Shown here: positions 6,035 to 11,766 of the stretch, in pieces | Numbering within the stretch: the stretch's first letter is position 1 | Layout: every line of letters begins with the position of its first letter | NCBI GenBank assembly: GCA_043812975.1 | Contig: JBDRLP010000028.1 | Span: 1 to 11,766 of the forward strand | Direction of reading: 5' to 3' | Length of the DNA stretch: 11,766 nt | Origin: Candidatus Iainarchaeum sp. | Lineage (GTDB): Archaea; Iainarchaeota; Iainarchaeia; Iainarchaeales; Iainarchaeaceae | Made by a program: the position numbers and the translations under genes | Notes under the pieces: generated by a model | What the model was told of the DNA's origin: nothing | What the model saw: the letters and a program-made list of their open reading frames with translations, nothing else | Databases searched by the model: none

Positions 6035-6526
6035 ATGAAAATAGGAATTACTGGAAGTCCAGGAGTCGGAAAAACATCAGTTTCAAAACTACTTGGACAA
6101 GCATTTAAAGCAAAAGTCTTGAACGAGAAAGAATTCGCTCTTAAAGAAGGAATCGGGGAATTTGATACTACTGAAAATGAATTAGTCGTGCCTTTGAATA
6201 AACTCAAGACAAAATTAAACAAATTTTTGAAAAAAGAAAAAAATATTGTAATCGAGGGCCACATGTTATGTGAAATCAAGGCTGATTTTGATTATTTAGT
6301 GTTAATTAAGTGTGATCCTGAGATTTTGGAGATGCGATTAGAGGAAAGAGGTTACAAAGCTGAAAAAATCCAAGATAATGTGTTTTGTGAAGGCATTGAT
6401 TACTGTAAGAAGCATAGCCTTAGAAATTACTCTAAAAAGAAGGTAATTGTGGTTGAAAACAGGAAAAGTATAAAAGAAACAACAAACGCAATAATACTGA
6501 AAATTGAAAAAAGGGAAACTGAATGA
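6035..6526 (+). CDS. AK6/Fap7/hCINAP-family adenylate kinase / ATPase
   Basis: P-loop ITGSPGVGKT, family signature IVIEGH (hhhExH), LID-like RLEERGY..EKI.DN; 163 aa. A TATA-like ttatat at 6006-6011 suggests a leaderless transcript. Confidence 0.9.
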   Translation: MKIGITGSPGVGKTSVSKLLGQAFKAKVLNEKEFALKEGIGEFDTTENELVVPLNKLKTKLNKFLKKEKNIVIEGHMLCEIKADFDYLVLIKCDPEILEMRLEERGYKAEKIQDNVFCEGIDYCKKHSLRNYSKKKVIVVENRKSIKETTNAIILKIEKRETE

Positions 6527-7749
6527 AAGCCGGATTTTTACTCATATCATTGATTTTTCTGAGCTACATAACTATTGCTTCTCCTTTGACTGAATTCAGT
6601 TTTAAAGAACAAGGATACCAAGACTTCTACATAAATGGTTTTGAGAAGTATGATTGTAAAAAGTACGATTTTGTTTTAAACACTGATTTTAATTCTTCTG
6701 TTTTCCCTATTTTTTCATTAAATGCTAAATTTTCTCCACAAATAGAAAGTGATGCATCAATAATTGTATTTTTTAATGATAACAATAGCATTGCAGAGTT
6801 AAAATCCGCGAATTTTGAAAATAATGTCGCCAGAATCTGGATCCCGAGGGAAAAAGTATCTGAAAACAACAATATCAGGGTTTGTGGAGAAACTTCTTTT
6901 AGCGTAAATAAAATTTTGATTTCTGCTGACTCTGAATTTGGGCTTTATTATGCGCCTTTTTTCCCCGAAGAAGATGGATTTAAGCTTGAACTTGAAACTT
7001 ATCAGCCAATAGTGGGAATTCCTTTCAGAATTGATGCTGTTGCAAAAAATTATGGGAGTGAGGATACAGAAGTATCATTGAGTTACAGGCGAGGAGAACT
7101 GGAAGAATCTTTGGAAGAAATCACTATTCTTGGAGGGGAAACTTCAAAAAAAGGAATAGCGCCAAAATGCTTGGAAAGAAATGATAATGCTGATTGTATT
7201 ACTCCGGGAGAATACAGGATTTCTTATTCTGCTGTTGCAAATAAAGCTGTTCCTATGACTTTGCTTCCAGCCCAACTTGGTTTTTTGAACGCATTTGGGG
7301 AAACTCGAAATATTCAATCTGACAGACCAAGTATTGAGGCTTTTGAACCAAAACACAATATTTCTGCCCAGATTTTTGTTGGAAAAGATAATCCAAAAGT
7401 CGGAGAAACAATTCCACTTAAAGTAAAAATCAAAAATATTGGAAAAACAAGGATAAATAATATTTCTGTTGATTTAAGGACTGGTCTTGAAACCATTGGG
7501 GAAGTAACCAAAACAATTGCTTTCCTTGATGCTGACCAGTCAACAGAACTTAGTTTTACTGCAAAAGGAATAAGCAAGGGAGAATACTCACTCGGATGCA
7601 TGGTTGCTTATAACAATAAATCCCTTGAATGCGGCCAGACGAGTGTTTTATTAGATAGTGAAGAATTAAGTGGCGAAATTCTAATTGGAGTAGGTTTTGT
7701 TTTAATCGCACTGGCTGTGTTTGGATATTTTTATTTCAAAAAGCATTAA
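6523..7749 (+). CDS. Secreted, C-terminally membrane-anchored protein with Ig-like (CARDB/BatD-like) domains
   Basis: Signal peptide MKAGFLLISLIFLSYITIA; Ig-like pattern VGETIPLKVKIKNIG; C-terminal TM ILIGVGFVLIALAVFGYFYF plus KKH; ATGA overlap with the kinase stop. Confidence 0.8.
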   Translation: MKAGFLLISLIFLSYITIASPLTEFSFKEQGYQDFYINGFEKYDCKKYDFVLNTDFNSSVFPIFSLNAKFSPQIESDASIIVFFNDNNSIAELKSANFENNVARIWIPREKVSENNNIRVCGETSFSVNKILISADSEFGLYYAPFFPEEDGFKLELETYQPIVGIPFRIDAVAKNYGSEDTEVSLSYRRGELEESLEEITILGGETSKKGIAPKCLERNDNADCITPGEYRISYSAVANKAVPMTLLPAQLGFLNAFGETRNIQSDRPSIEAFEPKHNISAQIFVGKDNPKVGETIPLKVKIKNIGKTRINNISVDLRTGLETIGEVTKTIAFLDADQSTELSFTAKGISKGEYSLGCMVAYNNKSLECGQTSVLLDSEELSGEILIGVGFVLIALAVFGYFYFKKH

Positions 7750-10700
7750 TCACTTGAAACTTTTCTTATTTTCACAACCGGTTTTGGTTTCTTTTCCTCT
7801 TCTGATTTTTTGTAAACGTAAAAGGCAACTCCGAGAAGAACTAAAATTAAAGGATATACTGCTAAAGGAATTTCAAATGGGGGAGAAATTGTTACTTGGT
7901 CTGTTAAATTAGATGCTTTATAAGAATTGTAAATTGATTCTAAATACGATTTTTCTTCCAAAGCCTGTTTTGATTTTAAAAGCAGAGAATCTGCTTCAGG
8001 ATTTGGTTCTGAAGAATTTCTTTTTGAAACAGCTACATTGTAAGAGGAAAACGAATTTTGTTTTAATTTTTCAATAGCAGAGGTTACTTCTTTATCAATA
8101 GTTTCTAGCTTTGCTAGTTCTTCCAACCCTGCGGGTTCAGTTTTATTGTTTAACTGATTTTTCAGTTCTTTAATTCTTTCAAGAGTTATTGGAGAAAAAA
8201 CATAAATTTCTTTGAGTTGTTCCGTGGTCAAACTGGAAAAATTTGATTCTAATAATGCTATTTTTTCGTCTAAAGAAAGCTTTAGAATCCCTATTTTTGT
8301 ATTTTCTTCATCAGAGGATTTATTTTCCTCTGCTTTAAATTCAGGAACAGAATTAACTAAAAACTCTAAATTCTGAAGTTCTTCTGCTGCTTTTTCAAGT
8401 TTATTCTGGTCCGCATAAAACTGTATTTTTTCACCTGAAAGTTTTACATTTAAATCGTCCTCTAAAACAGAACTTGCTTTTTCCAAAAGCAGTTCTTTTT
8501 CAAAAATTATTCTTTGTTTTTCCGCAAAATCCAAAAAATCGTTTTCTATAGGAGGATTAATTTCTGGTTTTTTTGCATTGAAATTTAAATCTAAAATTAT
8601 TGAATTTAATCCTGTTAAAAGTTTTGAGAATTTTAAAGTTGTTTTGTTTTCGTTTGATAAATAAGAAATGTTTCCTGTGGAAAAAATTTCTTTTGCATTT
8701 GCTGAATCAAGATCTATTACAGTGCTGAAAGGAACATTAATTTCTCCTGAAGGATTTTCAATAAAAATTCTTGCAAAGCTCCCGTTAGTTTCTCCGATTG
8801 AATCAAGAAGTTCTACTTGAAGATAATTTTCTGTTATTTCTGGAGCCAGCTGTTGCAGGATTTTATCAGCACCGGAAGAAAATGCAGTGAGATCATCCGC
8901 TATTTTTCCTGCATTATGTGTTTCTGAAAGGATTAAACCGAAATCTTCAAAATTTGGTTCAAATGAGGAAAAATCATCAATAAAGTCAATTACTCTTTTG
9001 GCTGTTTTTGTGCCGGGAAATTCAACCAAAAGGTTTTCCATAAGAACTGCTTTTTCAGAAACCTCTTTATAGAATTGATTTGCCAAAAGGACATCTCTGC
9101 CGGAAAGGGCTTTTACTTCCAGTTTTTGGAGTAAATCGAGGCAGGAATTCAGCACCAAATCTGGATTTTCATAGGGTTTTTCGATTCTTTTCAGGGAATC
9201 CAATTGTAATCCCAGAGAACCATCATCAAAATTCATTAATGCTTCAACTTTCAAAATACATGAATCGATTTGAATTGAAACTTCTTCTTCAGGATTTGAG
9301 GAATCTAGATAAGCTAATAAGTTCGAGTAAGTTTTAAGGGCTTCAGAACATGAATCGATAGTTTGGGTTTCGTTAAAGAATTTTATCTGTGTTTTCAGCC
9401 TTGTTTTTGCAGAAATTATAACCGGATTTGATGAATCGAATTCTGGCTTGCTTATTTCTTCTGAAATAGTGGAAAGTTTTTGTTCGCATGTTTGATTAGC
9501 AGAAATTAATAATTCATCAAAATAATTTAATTCCTCAAGAATATTTTTTGATTCTTTTGAAAGTTCTTTGAGAATTCTTGTTTTTTGCCCAAGAGAAATT
9601 TTTTCCAAAAACTCCGCTTCATCCAGAGAACGCACAGATGACTTTATTTTTTCTATTTTTTTATTAAAATTTGAGGAAAAGTTTTCAAAATCACTTAAGG
9701 AAAAACTGGTTGTTGACAGCCCTAAAGTAAGTGCTGAATCCTGGGAAAAAAGTATTTCAGGAAAAAAGTAATCACCATAATTTTGAGAAATTAAAAGCAC
9801 TTTTTCTGATGCAAGATTCAGGTTTTCATTAATCTTTATTCTTTCCAGAGAATTCTTTTCCTGAAGCGAAATCCTGTGTTCAGAATTATCAGCAAACATG
9901 CCAAAAAAAGAACTTGCAGCTGAATTCTCTGCACCTATAAGGTTATTGAGTGCTGAAAAAAGTTCAAATGACGGCAGGTTTTTCAGGGATTCTACTGACC
10001 CGCTTAGTGCAAAAAAATTGCTTAAAAAATCTGATAAACCAGTAAAAATCGGGGCAATAAAAGTAATTGGAAAATCCTGTTTTTTTGCTTCACTCAAAAT
10101 TACCTTGTCATTTTCAGCAAGGATTCCGAACAATGTTGTTTCACTTACATTGTTTTGCAATTCCAAAGTTTCTGCTAAAACATTAAACTTTTCAGCTTCA
10201 AACAAAAACCTGGAAGCGTAAGTATTATTGTGAATGTTTTTTTCAGAAAAATCAATTACATTTTGATTCAGGATTACATAATCATCAAACAGGAATTCCT
10301 CTCTCACAATATTAATGTCTTCTAATTCAAGATTATTAATTTCAAAGCTAATTGCCTTGGCTGCTTCTTTATTGAAAGAATCGATTTCCTCAGCAACAAC
10401 CACAATATTAGAATTTAATTCATTAACCTGCTGCGGAACTAATGAAAGTTTCTTAGCTGAATAACATTGGTTGTGGATTATTTTCAGGTTTGCTTTGGCC
10501 TTGTTAAGGAACAGCCATGATCTCGCCAAATGGTTTTTTGCATTGAAAATACTCTCCTGAACCTTAGAACTGAAGGTACTTTCATTGAAATTGAATTTTG
10601 ATTCAACTTCCTCAAAACATTTTTCCTGAGTAGAACAATCAGGAACTGAAGTAAAAGAATAAGAGGTTAGTTCTAAGCAGGCTAAACGATCCTCAATAGT

Positions 10701-10766
10701 AGCATTATCTAAACACCCGGAAAAGAGTAAAATAAAGCTAATTAATAGAATTACTTGGATTTGCAT
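7746..10766 (-). CDS. Large (1006 aa) predicted surface lipoprotein, acidic and mostly helical, with a C-terminal TM anchor
   Basis: Lipobox-like LLFSG|C (Cys18); long helical/coiled-coil segments with spaced Cys; C-terminal LAVYPLILVLLGVAFYVY followed by a basic tail. The stop overlaps that of the convergent gene (ttaa 7746-7749). Confidence 0.85.
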   Translation of the reverse strand: MQIQVILLISFILLFSGCLDNATIEDRLACLELTSYSFTSVPDCSTQEKCFEEVESKFNFNESTFSSKVQESIFNAKNHLARSWLFLNKAKANLKIIHNQCYSAKKLSLVPQQVNELNSNIVVVAEEIDSFNKEAAKAISFEINNLELEDINIVREEFLFDDYVILNQNVIDFSEKNIHNNTYASRFLFEAEKFNVLAETLELQNNVSETTLFGILAENDKVILSEAKKQDFPITFIAPIFTGLSDFLSNFFALSGSVESLKNLPSFELFSALNNLIGAENSAASSFFGMFADNSEHRISLQEKNSLERIKINENLNLASEKVLLISQNYGDYFFPEILFSQDSALTLGLSTTSFSLSDFENFSSNFNKKIEKIKSSVRSLDEAEFLEKISLGQKTRILKELSKESKNILEELNYFDELLISANQTCEQKLSTISEEISKPEFDSSNPVIISAKTRLKTQIKFFNETQTIDSCSEALKTYSNLLAYLDSSNPEEEVSIQIDSCILKVEALMNFDDGSLGLQLDSLKRIEKPYENPDLVLNSCLDLLQKLEVKALSGRDVLLANQFYKEVSEKAVLMENLLVEFPGTKTAKRVIDFIDDFSSFEPNFEDFGLILSETHNAGKIADDLTAFSSGADKILQQLAPEITENYLQVELLDSIGETNGSFARIFIENPSGEINVPFSTVIDLDSANAKEIFSTGNISYLSNENKTTLKFSKLLTGLNSIILDLNFNAKKPEINPPIENDFLDFAEKQRIIFEKELLLEKASSVLEDDLNVKLSGEKIQFYADQNKLEKAAEELQNLEFLVNSVPEFKAEENKSSDEENTKIGILKLSLDEKIALLESNFSSLTTEQLKEIYVFSPITLERIKELKNQLNNKTEPAGLEELAKLETIDKEVTSAIEKLKQNSFSSYNVAVSKRNSSEPNPEADSLLLKSKQALEEKSYLESIYNSYKASNLTDQVTISPPFEIPLAVYPLILVLLGVAFYVYKKSEEEKKPKPVVKIRKVSSD

Positions 10767-10863
10767 TATTTTAACAAGTACACAACATATTTTAATTATT
10801 TCGTTAATTGACGTAAATATTATTATATTATATTCTAATATATTTTTAGAAAAACTAACATTA

Positions 10864-10897
10864 TTTTCCGGAGTTCTTTTGCGGAAAAGTTTATTAC
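10864..10897 (+). promoter_or_regulatory. Putative promoter (BRE gaaaag + tttatta) with an overlapping 7-bp inverted repeat
   Basis: tttatta at 10890-10896, ~25-30 nt before the ATG at 10920; ttttccg(10864-10870)-N11-cggaaaa(10882-10888). Confidence 0.5.
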
Positions 10898-10919
10898 CAG
10901 CAAAACCGTTTTACTTTTC

Positions 10920-11669
10920 ATGAAACCATTAGACATGATTGATGATCTTGTGTCAAGGCATAAAGTGAAAAGGGTTGAACAGGAACGTGTTGATATTATC
11001 GCTGAATCCAGGAGACTTGAACAGGAATACCTGAACGACGATGTTACTCATGCTGAATATGAACAGAAAAAGGCGCACATTCAGGACAAATTGATTATGC
11101 TGGATATGGAGAAACTATTTTACGAAGTTGATGATAAGCTGAATGATTTTTTAGAGAAACAAAAAATAGCCCTGAAACTTAATATTAAAAGAGAAATAAA
11201 ACTGGAAAGTTTACTCGATGAAAAAAACTTGGCGGAAGAAGATGTACTCTTGGCGAGAGAAATGTTCCATAAAGACAAGTTTGATTCTGAATCATTCAAA
11301 AAACTTTTGAAAGAAAAACAAACTGAAATAATGGAAATCGAAAATGAAATAGTTACTATTTACAAAAATCAGGCTGAAGATAAAGCAAAAGAAATGGAAA
11401 TAATGCTTAACACACAAATCGAACTGAAAAAGCACATGGCTGAAGAAATGGCAGGAGATATTTCTCTTCAGGTTCCTGATTCAGGAGATTCACAATTACC
11501 AGTTTTTAATAAAAACTCTGCAGCGAACTATAAAAAAGCAAGTAAACGTGACCCAGCAAGTAAACATGAACATGTAGGCAGGAAAGAAAAAATTGAGGTT
11601 CCAAAACACCATAACATTGAAATTAATGAGCCAAGAAGGCTAAGAAGAAAACGCGGGCATGTAGTGTGA
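10920..11669 (+). CDS. Coiled-coil hypothetical protein (249 aa) with two SHOCT-like helical hairpins and a basic disordered tail
   Basis: Long E/K-rich ORF; related segments LEQEYLNDDVTHAEYEQKK and AREMFHKDKFDSESFKKLL; basic C-terminus. Confidence 0.8.
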   Translation: MKPLDMIDDLVSRHKVKRVEQERVDIIAESRRLEQEYLNDDVTHAEYEQKKAHIQDKLIMLDMEKLFYEVDDKLNDFLEKQKIALKLNIKREIKLESLLDEKNLAEEDVLLAREMFHKDKFDSESFKKLLKEKQTEIMEIENEIVTIYKNQAEDKAKEMEIMLNTQIELKKHMAEEMAGDISLQVPDSGDSQLPVFNKNSAANYKKASKRDPASKHEHVGRKEKIEVPKHHNIEINEPRRLRRKRGHVV

Positions 11670-11676
11670 TTTCTGA

Positions 11677-11766
11677 TTATGAACAAACAGCGGGACTAAT
11701 GTCATTTTCTAACAAGCAGTTGTAAAGCTGGTCCACTCTTGAGTCAAGGCGGTCATTCAAGGCAGT
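11677..11766 (-). CDS. 3' end of a minus-strand gene running off the window (…TALNDRLDSRVDQLYNCLLENDISPAVCS*)
   Basis: Open frame from the window edge to TAA at 11679-11677, ending 7 nt from the convergent stop; protein-like helical sequence. Too short to identify. Confidence 0.5.
   Translation of the reverse strand, partial: TALNDRLDSRVDQLYNCLLENDISPAVCS

Noticed and set aside
6025..7601. Minus-strand ORFs 6025-6279, 6627-6872, 7144-7356 and 7314-7601
   Set aside because: They overlap well-supported plus-strand genes and have the F/S/L-rich composition of antisense frames.
7721..10221. Plus-strand ORFs 7721-7912, 8887-9072, 9080-9337, 9568-9771 and 9898-10221
   Set aside because: Shadow ORFs opposite the 1006-aa gene, with no motifs or start signals.
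1..11766. CRISPR array, transposase, integrase or rRNA
   Set aside because: No regularly spaced repeats or matching protein/RNA motifs seen; the only clear mobile element is the intein.

Overview
AT-rich archaeal chromosomal segment; the gene content and style suggest a DPANN-type lineage such as Iainarchaeota/Diapherotrites, but this is inference only. Core genes are the proteasome beta subunit (742-1377), the adjacent beta-CASP ribonuclease/termination factor aCPSF1/FttA (1443-4868) and an AK6/Fap7-family adenylate kinase (6035-6526). aCPSF1 is interrupted directly after its HxHxDH zinc-binding motif by a 506-aa intein (2184-3701) with a LAGLIDADG homing endonuclease and a probable extra XRE-like HTH. 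The window also holds two predicted cell-surface proteins, a coiled-coil protein, three basic orphan ORFs and the 3' end of a minus-strand gene. The main unexplained signal is a ~205-nt element (5803-6006) behind a clear BRE/TATA promoter. It folds on the + strand into two long G-U-rich hairpins, matches no RNA family I recognise, and has an unpaired loop complementary to the leaders of both psmB and aCPSF1. A second GC-rich double hairpin (592-673) and a 20-bp direct repeat flanking two small orphan genes also merit checking. All pairings and alignments were done by eye.
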